The notes under the pieces are model-generated. The model had not been told where the DNA came from. It did not search any database and saw only the letters and a program-made list of their open reading frames with translations. Position numbers and translations under genes: made by a program. From Planktothrix sp. GU0601_MAG3 (GTDB lineage Bacteria > Cyanobacteriota > Cyanobacteriia > Cyanobacteriales > Microcoleaceae), in the NCBI GenBank assembly GCA_035193785.1, contig CP136572.1, positions 3,252,578 through 3,316,577 of the forward strand: 64,000 bases of DNA, read 5' to 3'. Below are positions 21,571-34,287 of this stretch, piece by piece (positions within the stretch are counted from its first letter, which is position 1; every line of letters begins with the position of its first letter).

Positions 21571-24500
21571 CTAGGGGCGGGATGGACATAATATTTGATC
21601 CTCGGGACTCAGTTGGGAATTGGTTTTTAAATAATCCTTTATCCAGTCACAAGCATAGGCGAATTCATTCAAGTTTAAAACTTGATCTAAATTCCATAAC
21701 ATCACGGTTTTATCTTCACTCACGGAAGCCAGAGTTTGACCATCGGGACTAAATTTAACATTATAAACTTCACCATTATGACCATTTAAAGTTTTAATTA
21801 AAGTACCATCGAGTTTCCAAAGTTTAATGGTTTTATCCTGACTGGCTGATGCTAATAATTTTTGGTCAGGACTGAAGGCGACGGCCATCACGTTGGCGGT
21901 GTGTCCCTTGAGGGTATTTTCATAAATAAAGGATTGAGTCCTAGGGCTCCAACGCCATAATTTTATGGTTTCGTCTCGACTGGCGGAGGCTAAAATCTGT
22001 CCATCGGGACTCAAAGCCAGTCCCCAAATCCCATCTTGATGACCAGTTAATGTTTGTAACAGTTGACCGTTGAATTTCCAGAGTTTGATTGTATTATCAT
22101 TGGAACTGGAAGCAATCCATTTACCCTCTGGCTGAATAGCAATACTCCAAACCTGACCCCGATGGCCGTTAAAGGTTTGACGAAGTTTGCCATCAATACC
22201 CCAAATTCTAGCGGTTTTATCCCAACTTCCAGAAACAATTGATTGATTATCGGGAGTAAACTTTACGCCCCAAACCCCCCAATTATGTCGCAATGGCGTT
22301 TTATTGGGCTGGGGGGCAAACAGTCCCTGGGCAGTTTTTTTCCAAAGTTTAATCATGCCATCATCGGAGGTTGAAGCTAACCAATGACCATCGGAACTAA
22401 ATTCTACCTGATTCACCCGCCACTGATGTCCAGTTAGGGTTTGCAATAATCGCCCTTTCTTTGTCCAGAGTTTAATGGTTTTATCCAGGGAAGATGAAGC
22501 AATAGTTTGACCATCGGGACTAAAGGCGATGCCCCAAACCGTATCTTGATGTCCTATCAAGGGCATGACCAAAGAATATCTGGTTTTGGAGAGTTTAACG
22601 CTTTTATCCCAACTGGCGGAGGCAATAGTTTGACCATCGGGACTGAAGGCAACATCACTCACTTCTGCCTGATGTTGCCAGAGTGTTTTATAGGGTTTAT
22701 ACGAGAAATTTGTTGGATCTTGACGCCAGATTTGGATTTGTTTATTGCGAATTGCCGCTGCTAATAATTTGCCCTTTTGACCAAACGTCACACTCCATAC
22801 TTCATCCTCAAAGGGGCCGAAGGTATGGATTAACTCCCCCTCCCGACTCCACAATTTAACCGTTTTATCCCGACTGGCGGAGGCTAGGGTTTGACTATCG
22901 GGACTCCAGGCCACGACAATCACTTCCGCCTGATGTCCGGTGAGGGTTTTCAATAGTGTGCCATCGGCATTCCAGATTTTAACCGTTTTATCAGCACTCC
23001 CAGAGGCAAATCTCTGACCATCGGGACTAAAGACAACGGTTTTAATTTTGTCAGGATGGGCGGCGATGGTTTTTAGGAGTTTCCCCCCTATTGTCCATAA
23101 TTTGATGGTTTGATCAAAACTCGAAGAAATCAGTTTATCCTCAGTCGGACTGAAACTCACCGCCATCACCGATTCCTGATGTCCGGTCAGGGTTTCTTAA
23201 GTAGGTGCCATTGGTGTTCCAGAGTTTTATGGTTTTGTCGTTACTAGCTGAGGCTAGAAGGGGCTGACGGGGACTAAAGGCGACGCTGGTAATTCCATCC
23301 TGGTGTCTGGCTAGGGTTTTCCAAAGTGTGCCATCTGGTTTCCACAGTTTAATGGTTTTATCCTGACTCCCAGAGGCAATTAAATCTCCTGTGGGGCTAA
23401 ATTTTACCGTATGAATAATGCTGGTGTGCCCCAATAGTTGATTATATTCTTGAATCCCATAAACGGCTTTTTGTAATGTCAATTTTACAGTCTGGCGAGT
23501 TTTTGTATCCACATCCGATAGGGTTTGCAATTGTCGATGGGCTTTCATGGATTGAATTAAGGCTTCAAACCTTTGATTTAAAGCAAATAAAGACTCAGCA
23601 GATTGATTGAGAGCTTTAACTTCGTTGGTTTTTGCCTGGTGTTCATTCACCCTGGCTTGATGATATTGAAACCAACTAATTCCACTTAATACTATCGCAA
23701 TTACTAAGGCACTACTAACAGATATAAGTAAAAATCTTTGCAGTTTTGCGGTCTTTTTTTCTTGGGTAAGTCGGGCTTCTACTTCCCGCATTCTGGCGGC
23801 TTCTAATGCTTGTTGAACTTCTTGCCGATCTAATTCTTCACTTTTAGCTAAAAATTGATAATCTAAATCACTAATACTGCGACCACTTGACCAGTTTTGG
23901 GCTTCTTTTAATGCCTGTCCCCGTAATAGTCGAGAGGTATCTTTTTGGTTAGATTCTACCCAAGCATCAAAGGCTTGAGAATAGGGCCGCAGATCACTCA
24001 ATTGTTGGTTAACCCAATCTAAATCAAAGACTTCTTGATAAATTCGATTTTTCACCCGCATAAACCCATTCTGTTTAATGACTAAACCGGATAATATTAG
24101 TTCCGATTGTTCGTTACTATCATCGGTTAAAACTTCTGAATTTTGCAAAATATCTTGATAGATTCCTAGAATTCTGCCGATGTGATCGGGGTTATTTTGA
24201 ATGCGGTTACGAATAGTTCTTAAATGTTCCGGTTCATCTTGGGATTCCCATTTATAAATAATATGCGATCGCACTAAGGATTCCACCCAAAATCCTTCGG
24301 TTCCCGGGGGAACAATTAATATTTTGTTAACTTTTTCTTGGGTAAAATTTAGCACTAATTGACATAATTTTTGCGTTAAAAAAGGTTGTCCTTCCGTCCA
24401 AGCAATAATTTCTCCCATGATGGCTTGGGCATTAGTAATTTTTGCTTCTAAACCTTCAATTAAGGGTTGAACTTCATTCAGGGTAAACCCTGATAATTCA

Positions 24501-25114
24501 ATGGCTTTTCCGATATTAAAGGGGGTGCGAGTGCGATCGGAAATTAAAGCCGAAGGGGTAGCAACCCCAAATAAGGCAAAGCTAATCCGGTTGTATTCAG
24601 GATTAATTGCCCGTTGATTATAACAAAAACGAATTAATGCAAAAAAATCATCTACTTTAAAATTTAAACTTAAAATACTATCAATTTCATCGACAAAAAT
24701 AATTAATTTTTGATTAGGAAATTCCACTAATAAAATATCTTCTATAAAATTACTCAGACGTTGAATAACAGAAACTTCTGATTCCTCTTTCCACCAATTT
24801 TTTAAATTAAATTTACCTAAAAGATTAAATCCTCGCCATAACTCAGTGACTATTCCTTTATACCATTGTTGTTCCGTCACCATTTCGCTACCAATGCGAG
24901 TCATGTCTAAAGTCGCACATTGAAACCCTTCTTGTTGTAAACGATAACGAGTTTTAACTAACAGGGAAGATTTCCCCATTTGTCGAGAATTTAAAACATA
25001 ACAAAAATGCCCCTGTTGTAATTGAGAATACAGATCGGAATCCGCTTTTCTAACTACATAAGTCGGAGCATCTTGAGCTAAACTTCCTCCAATTTGATAG
25101 GCAGAATTAGTCAT
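21571..25114 (-). CDS. AAA_35-type ATPase + TM helix + WD40 repeats; apparent frameshift at 23192-23196
   Basis: SRQMGKSS Walker A, IFVDEID Walker B, TPFNIG, GQPFLTQ and numerous GH...DKTIKLW repeats. Confidence 0.9.
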
Positions 25115-25126
25115 GTCGTTTTCAAA

Positions 25127-25616
25127 GTATTCGGCGAATATAATTCGCTACTACAGAAACCAAGTCCACCTGCGTGGACTCATCTAAAATTGTGGTCTTG
25201 AAACCCACGAAGGTGGGTTTTGTCCGTGTAGGTATTCGGCGAATATAATTCGCTACTACAGAAACCAAGTCCACCTGCGTGGACTCATCTAAAATTTAAC
25301 CCACGAAGGTGGGTTTTGTCCGTGTAGCCGCGATTTCTAATCGCCGGGGATCGGGGATGGTATTCGGCGAATATAATTCGCTACTACAGAAACCAAGTCC
25401 ACCTGCGTGGACTTAATCTACAATTGCAGTCTTGAACCCACGAAGGTGGGTTTTGTCCGTGTAGCCGCGATTTCTAATCGCCGGGGATCGGGGGATGGTA
25501 TTCGGCGAATATAATTCTCCACCACACAAAATGAGTCCACGCAGGTGGACTCATCTAAAATTCAACCCACGAAGGTGGGTTTTGTCTGTGTAGCCGCGAT
25601 TTCTAATCGCCGGGGA
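25127..25616. repeat. Tandem array of four REPIN-like palindromic units of about 105-140 bp
   Basis: Units start at 25127, 25232, 25360 and 25498; each carries the hairpins agtccacctgcgtggact (reverse-complemented in unit 4) and aacccacgaaggtgggtt, plus GTAG-flanked palindromes. Confidence 0.85.
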
Positions 25617-25620
25617 TAGG

Positions 25621-27321
<1,701 letters not shown>

Positions 27322-27344
27322 TCATTAATCACCAATAAGCCACT

Positions 27345-27371
27345 TTAGCACTCAAGGGTTTCGAGTGCTAG
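27345..27371. promoter_or_regulatory. CIRCE element (HrcA operator) upstream of groEL2
   Basis: TTAGCACTC-aagggtttc-GAGTGCTAG, one mismatch to TTAGCACTC-N9-GAGTGCTAA. Confidence 0.93.
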
Positions 27372-27513
27372 TTCGGAAATCCGTCATTATCGGTAAGTCG
27401 GGTCAATTTGAATCTGTCTCTGTTCGGTTGCTGATTGAAAAAGGCAAGTTTAAAAGATATTAAAATGGGTTCTATAATCAGTAGAGCGAGTTTTTTGGAG
27501 GTCTACTAATTTT

Positions 27514-27915
27514 TTGAATAGACAGGATTTACAGGAATTAGCACTTACTCGACTTCAAGACGCAAAAGTGCTTTTAGACAATCATCAATATTCCGGTGCT
27601 TACTATCTGAGTGGTTATGTTATTGAATGTGCTTTAAAGGCTTGTATTGCCAAAAAAACTCAGCAATATGATTTTCCTGACCTGAAAAGTGTGAGGAAAA
27701 TTTACACCCATGATTTAGAAGATCTGGCGGAACTTGCTGGGTATAATATTCTTGACCAATTAAAGTCAACCTATAAAGCTCAATGGTTAATAATTAAAGT
27801 ATGGTCGGAAGAAAGTCGTTATCAAACACATAACCAAAAAGAAGCCCGCGATATTTACTTAGCAATTACCGATCCCAATCACGGAGTTTTACAATGGCTA
27901 CAGCAACATTGGTAA
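27514..27915 (+). CDS. HEPN domain protein
   Basis: AYYLSGYVIECALKA, YTHDL and WSEESRY; GGAGG upstream of a TTG start. Confidence 0.75.
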   Translation: MNRQDLQELALTRLQDAKVLLDNHQYSGAYYLSGYVIECALKACIAKKTQQYDFPDLKSVRKIYTHDLEDLAELAGYNILDQLKSTYKAQWLIIKVWSEESRYQTHNQKEARDIYLAITDPNHGVLQWLQQHW

Positions 27916-28314
27916 ATCAAGAGATAGAAGAAGGCCAAAGATTAATAGATGCTCTCAAGGTCAACGGTGTATCAGTTCATTCGGCTTTGTGGCTGTATGC
28001 AACAGAAACCGGAAACATGGCATCTGATGTTTGCTTTACCTCTCTATGATGATGAAGGGCCTCTTAAAACTTATGAGAATATCCTATCAGTTTTTCACCA
28101 AGTCAAACCTGACTTAAAAATTGATTGGACAGCAATTGTCGCTGTTAGTCCTAACGATGAATTAATTCAGGGTTTAAGTCAAGATCAACAACATTGGAAT
28201 ATCAACTTGTCAGGGAAACGCATGACCAATAGTATAGTTAATCGAATGTTGGTTGAAGATGCTTACATTTATCAAATTGGCGAGAATTTACAACTCGGAA
28301 TCTTACCAAAATAG
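27894..28314 (+). CDS. Uncharacterised HEPN-partner protein (MATATLVNQEIEEGQRLID...); apparent frameshift at 28005-28016
   Basis: ATG 27894 overlaps the HEPN 3' end; deleting one A in GAAAC joins it to the WHLMFALPLYDDEGP...EDAYIY frame. Confidence 0.7.
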
Positions 28315-28335
28315 GGTAGAACATAGCTGAATTAA

Positions 28336-28379
28336 GTAGTGAGGCGTTCACGCCTCAGAGTCCTAAAGGACTCACTACA
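28336..28379. repeat. GTAG-flanked REP-like palindrome
   Basis: gtagtgaggcgttcacgcctc-agagtcctaaaggactcactac. Confidence 0.6.
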
Positions 28380-28423
28380 AGTGTTAAAATTTTTAATATT
28401 GTCAAAAATGAGATAATCAAAAT

Positions 28424-30338
28424 ATGAGCAAAAAAACTGCAAAATACGGGTCTTGGAAATCCCCCATTACCGCCGATTTAATGGTAGAAGGAACCGTTGG
28501 ACTGGGGGGAGTAACCTGGGATGGGGATAATATTTATTGGATAGAAGGACGGCCATCGGAAGCAGGACGTAGTGTGATTGTTCGTCTGACTCCTGATAAT
28601 CAATTAAATGATGTTACACCTCAATCTTTTAATGCTAGAACTCGTGTTCATGAATATGGCGGTGGTTCCTATATTGTTAATCAAGGAACGGTTTATTTTT
28701 CTAATTTTGTTGATCAACGTCTTTATCAACAGAAAATTCAAGGGGAAAATACCCCCTATCAAATTACTCCAGAACCTATTACTCCAGAAGCAGAATATCG
28801 TTATGCAGATGGGATAATTGATGCTCAAAATCAACGGTTAATTTGTGTCCGAGAAGATCATACCCAAGGGGGAGAACCTGTTAATACCATTGTTAGTATT
28901 AATCTGAATAATAGTGAGGATATTCGGGTTTTAGTTGAGGGTAATGATTTTTATGCCTTTCCTCGTTTAAGCCCTGCTGGTAATCAATTATCTTGGATTT
29001 CATGGAATCATCCGAATATGCCTTGGGATGGGACGGAATTATGGGTGGCTGAGGTTAATTCCCAGGGGTTATTAGGAGAAAAACAATTGATTGCGGGGGG
29101 TTTGGAAGAATCTATTTTTCAACCCCAATGGTCACCGGATGGAATTTTATATTTTGTTAGCGATCGCTCTAATTGGTGGAACTTATATCGCTATACTGGG
29201 AAGATAGAACCATTATATCCCATGGCGGCAGAATTTGGTTTACCCCTGTGGGTTTTTGGAATGTCAACATACAGGTTTAGTTCGGCAGAAAAGATTATTT
29301 GTACCTACAGTAAAAATGGTAATTGGTATCTAGCCAGTTTGGATACTAAAACTCACAAATTAGAGGATATTGAGATCCCTTACACCGCAATTGATGGCTT
29401 AACTGTTTCGGGAAATCAAGTATTATTTATTGGCAGTTCTCCCACGGAAAGTAGTGCCATTGTCAAGCTGAATTTGGAAACAGGAGAAACTAGAAGTATT
29501 AAGGCGTTCTAGTCAAATTGTACTAGATAAAGGCTATTTATCCGTACCTCAATCGATAGAATTTCCCACAGAAAATGGGAAAACTGCCTATGGATTATTC
29601 TATCCTCCTCAAAACAAAGATTATCAAGTTTCAGAGGGTGAAAAACCACCTTTAGTGGTTAAAAGTCATGGGGGGCCAACATCAGCAACATCTAGCAGTT
29701 TGAGCTTAAAAATTCAATATTGGACGAGTCGAGGATTTGCGGTTTTAGATGTTAATTATGGGGGAAGTACAGGTTACGGACGGGAGTACCGCCAACGGTT
29801 AAATAAAAGTTGGGGAATTGTGGATGTTGATGATTGTTGTAACGGGGCAAAATATCTAGCAGAAAAGGGTTTGGTCGATGGCAACCGCATGGCAATTGCG
29901 GGGGGAAGTGCGGGGGGTTATACCACTTTATGTGCTTTAACATTTAAGGATGTATTTAAGGCGGGGGCGAGTTATTATGGAGTTAGTGATTTAGAGGCTT
30001 TAGCCACGGATACCCATAAATTTGAATCCCGTTATTTGGATGGTTTAATTGGGGTTTATCCTGAAGAAAAGGCTATTTATGAACAGCGTTCTCCGATTTA
30101 TTCTGTTGATAAATTATCCTGTCCGGTGATATTCTTTCAGGGTTCAGAGGATAAAATTGTGCCTCCCAACCAAGCAGAAATGATGGTAGCAGCATTAAAA
30201 GCGAAAGGAGTTACGGTGGAATATGTTCTGTTTGAAGGAGAGCAACATGGCTTCAGAAAAGCAGAAAATATTAAATGTGCTATTGATGGTGAATTTGGTT
30301 TTTATGCCAAAGTCTTTGGTTTTGAACCTGCCAAATAA
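28424..30338 (+). CDS. S9 family prolyl oligopeptidase/acylaminoacyl peptidase; apparent frameshift near 29486-29490
   Basis: [21 protein letters not shown](KIV) and EQHGF motifs. Confidence 0.92.
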
Positions 30339-30436
30339 CCACCGTTAAATAGAAGATTAGCTGCGTATATTACAGCTATTAATGTTAATAATTAAGTCAA
30401 ACTTAGTATTGGCTAAACGTTTGACTCTCAATGCTT

Positions 30437-30475
30437 GACCCCCCTAAAACCCATTAAAAAAGGGGGGAATGGACT
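30437..30475. repeat. Partial copy of the CCCCCTAA...AAGGGGG repeat family
   Basis: Similar to 39519-39576 and 59048-59189. Confidence 0.6.
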
Positions 30476-30531
30476 TGAATTTTTTTAAATAATTTGCTAC
30501 AATAGTCTATAAACAGATAGCATGAATTATT

Positions 30532-31297
30532 ATGTCTGTCACACCAATTCAACCTCCGACTATTGATTTAACAGAAGTTATTACTGAGGATGATACTCCT
30601 GTGGATAATTTTCTATCCGCTAAATTGCAGCGTTTATTAGTTGAATGTTTATATAGTTTCTTGGCAAAGATTAGGAGAAAATTCAACATTTTTAGTTGAT
30701 GCAAATGTAGGTATTTTCTATGCACTCCGTCATCCTCCCATTGTACCCGATGTATTTTTATCCTTAGATGTGGAAGTCCCGCCAGATTTTCGAGAAAAAC
30801 GAAATCGGACTTATTTTATTTGGGAGTTTGGGAAACCGCCCGATGTGGTGATTGAAATTGTTTCTAATCAAGAAGTAAATGAACTCGGGAGTAAGTTAAT
30901 TAATTATGCCCGGATGCGGGTAACATATTATGTTGTATTTGACCCGTTACAACAATTGGGCGATATTTTATTACGAGTTTATGTTTTACGCGAGGGACAC
31001 TATCAATTATTAGAAACAACAGAAATTGAAAATAAATCAATATTTTGGTTAGAACAAATTGGCTTAGGATTAACTATTTGGTCTGGAATATATGAAGAAA
31101 AACAGGATATTTGGTTACGGTGGTGTGATGATAAAGGTGTTATTATTCCCACTGGTAAAGAACGGGCTGAAAAGGAATATTTAAGGGCGGAATTGGCTGA
31201 ACAATCTCGGCGTAACGCTATTCCTAGGTTACGAAAAATGGGGTTAACGAATGAACAAATTGCTGAATCTTTAGGTTTGGAGATTGGAGAGGTTTAA
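30532..31297 (+). CDS. Uma2 family PD-(D/E)XK endonuclease-like protein; apparent frameshift at 30656-30660
   Basis: ITEDDTPVDN, VPDVFL, PPDVVIEIVS and YYVVFDP motifs. Confidence 0.88.
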
Positions 31298-31345
31298 CCC
31301 TCTTTTATCGACGTTTTCTCAAATTTATTTAGAGGATAGTGAAAA

Positions 31346-31568
31346 ATGATAATAGAAACAGCGATCTTAAAAAATGTCGAAAAATTACCTAAATCTGTTA
31401 AACAAGCGGTGCTTGACTATACGGAATTTCTTGTGAAACCGATACAATGAGGAAACACCTCAAATGGAGAAACCAACCAAGCGAGGAGGACTTGGGATTT
31501 GGAAAGGTAAAATCTGGATTGCAGATGATTTTGATGAACCTTTGGAAGATTTAAAGGATTATATGTAA
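31346..31568 (+). CDS. DUF2281-type antitoxin; apparent frameshift at 31435-31439
   Basis: Corrected frame ends GIWKGKIWIADDFDEPLEDLKDYM*, immediately upstream of a PIN toxin. Confidence 0.82.
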
Positions 31569-31570
31569 AC

Positions 31571-31957
31571 ATGAATATTTTATTGGATACCCATACTTTT
31601 CTTTGGTACTTTCAAGATAGCGAAGAATTAAGTTATAAAGCAGCAGAAATTCTTGAAGATCCAAATAATACTCTCTGCCTTAGCATTGCCAGCTTGTGGG
31701 AAATGTCAATTAAGATTAATCTAGGGAAACTCAGGTTACAAAACTCTTTTTCTGAGCTAGAGGGAGTGTTACAACAACTAAAAATAGAGGTTTTGTCTAT
31801 TACATTCTCTGATACAGAGTGCTATCTTAACTTGCCCCTGCATCATCGAGATCCTTTTGATCGCATTCTTGTTGCACAGGCGATAAATCATTCTCTTATT
31901 TTAATTAGTCGCGATTCAGCTTTTGATTATTACCCAATTCAGAGGATATGGAAATAA
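31571..31957 (+). CDS. vapC: VapC/PIN toxin
   Basis: LLDTHTFLW, SIASLWE and HRDPFDRIL motifs. Confidence 0.9.
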   Translation: MNILLDTHTFLWYFQDSEELSYKAAEILEDPNNTLCLSIASLWEMSIKINLGKLRLQNSFSELEGVLQQLKIEVLSITFSDTECYLNLPLHHRDPFDRILVAQAINHSLILISRDSAFDYYPIQRIWK

Positions 31958-31969
31958 AACAGACCGGTA

Positions 31970-32137
31970 TTATTTATTGTTAGATACATGACGGCGTTTT
32001 CTAATTCCTTTGGTTAAAATAGCTAATAAAAATCCGATCAAAAAAGATAATTCCAACGCCGGATTTTGAGTCGTTAACAGGAAAGACCCAATAATTGAAA
32101 TGGCAGCTACCGTGTAGACAATCTGTTTGGGTTTCAT
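31970..32137 (-). CDS. Putative 55-aa small membrane protein (below the ORF-track cutoff)
   Basis: MKPKQIVYTVAAISIIGSFLLTTQNPALELSFLIGFLLAILTKGIRKRRHVSNNK: two hydrophobic segments and a basic tail. Confidence 0.5.
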   Translation of the reverse strand: MKPKQIVYTVAAISIIGSFLLTTQNPALELSFLIGFLLAILTKGIRKRRHVSNNK

Positions 32138-32244
32138 CGTTTTCAACTGTAAAGATCACAAAACTAGACAAAATGAATTATAATAAACTCTGTAGAAAGG
32201 CTAAATTCAATCTTTCTCAAGAGATAGGAGACTTCTAAAATTCG

Positions 32245-33605
32245 ATGACTACAAATTCCCAACGTTATCATATTACAACCTTCGGCTGTCAGATGAACAA
32301 AGCCGACTCGGAACGCATGGCTGGCGTTTTAGAAGAAATGGGCTTTGATTTTACCGAAGATCCCAATGATGCTAATGTGATTCTTTATAATACTTGTACG
32401 ATTCGAGATAATGCCGAACAAAAGGTTTATTCCTATTTAGGAAGACAGGCAAAACGCAAACAAAAAGAACCTAATTTAACCATTATTGTCGCCGGATGTG
32501 TTGCCCAACAGGAAGGAGAAACCTTACTGCGTCGGGTTTCCTGAAATAGATTTAGTCATGGGGCCACAACACGCCAACCGTTTACAAGACCTCTTAGAAC
32601 AGGTATTTCAAGGCAATCAAATTGTAGCCACAGAACCCATAGAAATCATTGAAGATATTACAAAACCCCGTCGAGATAGTGAAGTAACAGCCTGGGTGAA
32701 TGTGATTTATGGTTGTAATGAACGCTGCACCTATTGTGTGGTTCCCAATGTACGCGGAATTGAACAATCGCGCCGACCGGAAGCTATTCGGGAAGAAATC
32801 GAAGAATTAAGCCGTTTGGGGTATAAAGAAATCACCTTATTAGGGCAAAATATTGATGCCTACGGCCGCGATTTGCCCGGTTCAAGTCCTGGGGGTCGAA
32901 ATTTATATAATTTCACGGATTTATTATATTTTATTCATGATGTTCCTGGCATCGAACGGATTAGATTTGCCACCAGTCACCCCCGTTATTTTACCAAAAG
33001 ATTAATTCAAGCCTGTGCAGAACTCCCGAAAGTTTGTGAACATTTTCATATTCCCTTTCAGTCGGGAGATAATCAGCTTTTGAAAGCAATGTCGCGGGGT
33101 TATACTCAAGAAAAATATCGCCAAATTATTCATACAATTCGGGAATATATGCCCGATGCTTCTATTAGTGCTGATGCGATTGTGGGCTTTCCTGGGGAAA
33201 CCGAAGAACAGTTTGAAAATACGATGAAATTAGTCGATGATATTGGCTTTGACTTATTAAATACCGCCGCCTATTCTCCCCGTCCTGGGACTCCGGCGGC
33301 GTTGTGGGAAAATCAATTGAGTGAGGAGGTAAAAGCCGATCGTTTACAACAATTAAATCGCTTAGTTTCTGTTAAAGCGGCAGAACGTTCCCAGCGTTAT
33401 TTGGGCAGAATTGAAGAAGTGTTAGTTGAAGGCACAAATTCTAAAGATCCTTCTCAAGTTATGGGACGTACCCGGGGAAATCGGTTAACCTTTTTCTTAG
33501 GAAATTTAGCGGAATTGAAAGGTCAACAGGTGAAAGTAAAAATAACCCAGGTAAGACCCTTTAGTTTAACTGGGGAAACCTATCGAGTTGTGTATACCTG
33601 TATGA
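32245..33605 (+). CDS. miaB: tRNA-2-methylthio-N6-dimethylallyladenosine synthase; apparent frameshifts at 32536-32540 and 33575-33579
   Basis: [26 protein letters not shown] radical SAM motif and TRAM domain; corrected stop TGA 33603-33605. Confidence 0.93.
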
Positions 33606-34156
33606 CCGCTAAAAATGATTTGAGATTGGTGATTTTATCTTTGGGTTTGGGGTTGGTGTTGACGGGGATGGGTGTCCGGGCGATCGCTTGTCAAAATTCC
33701 CCCAACTCCCCAACTCCCCAAGCGGAGGGGACGGTAGATTATTATTGGGAGTTACCGGAAGTCCCGTTGAGTTCTGGGGAAATTGAGAAAAATCCAGCAC
33801 AATTACCCCAAATTCAGGGGAATGGAGATTATCAGCGATCGCCCCATTCTTCCTGGGAAACGACCCAATCCAATCCTCAAGGAATTGATTGTCGGATGTT
33901 AGGAAATACCAATTATTCACAATTAGAAAATCCCAGCAATAAAACCGAATTAAATATTGAAAATTGGCCGGTGGTGGGAAAACTGCCCCCAGGACAGGAC
34001 TTTGAAATTAATTTAGGCCCGGCGGGGTTTGGTGTGGTTTACGATACGAAACAACAACCTTGGATTTATGTGGAAAAAACGTCTCAAACTGGCACTCCTT
34101 CCCACTGTTTTGTGCGAGCCAATCAACAGTTTGTACGACCGATTTCTGATAATTAA
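33602..34156 (+). CDS. Hypothetical exported protein
   Basis: ATGA overlap with the corrected miaB stop; signal-peptide-like N-terminus; CFVRAN..FVRP C-terminus. Confidence 0.7.
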   Translation: MTAKNDLRLVILSLGLGLVLTGMGVRAIACQNSPNSPTPQAEGTVDYYWELPEVPLSSGEIEKNPAQLPQIQGNGDYQRSPHSSWETTQSNPQGIDCRMLGNTNYSQLENPSNKTELNIENWPVVGKLPPGQDFEINLGPAGFGVVYDTKQQPWIYVEKTSQTGTPSHCFVRANQQFVRPISDN

Positions 34157-34287
34157 ATCATACCATAAAAACCCTGTTTTTTTGACAATACCGTAGTCTT
34201 TTTTCAAGTAACCACAAAGGCACTAAGACACAAAAAAGGATAATTAAGGTGAAGGTATTCTTGGCAAGACGGGGTTTTTATTCATTA

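Noticed and set aside
25127..25616. CRISPR array
   Set aside because: Units are over 100 bp, linkers are short and related to each other, and no cas genes are present.
27371..27386. K-box (GTTCGG-N4-CC) beside CIRCE
   Set aside because: Only a partial match, on the strand opposite groEL2; cannot be supported.
32486..34156. Apparent MiaB fusion to an exported domain
   Set aside because: Deleting one A at GAAAC 33575-33579 restores a miaB stop that overlaps the next ATG.
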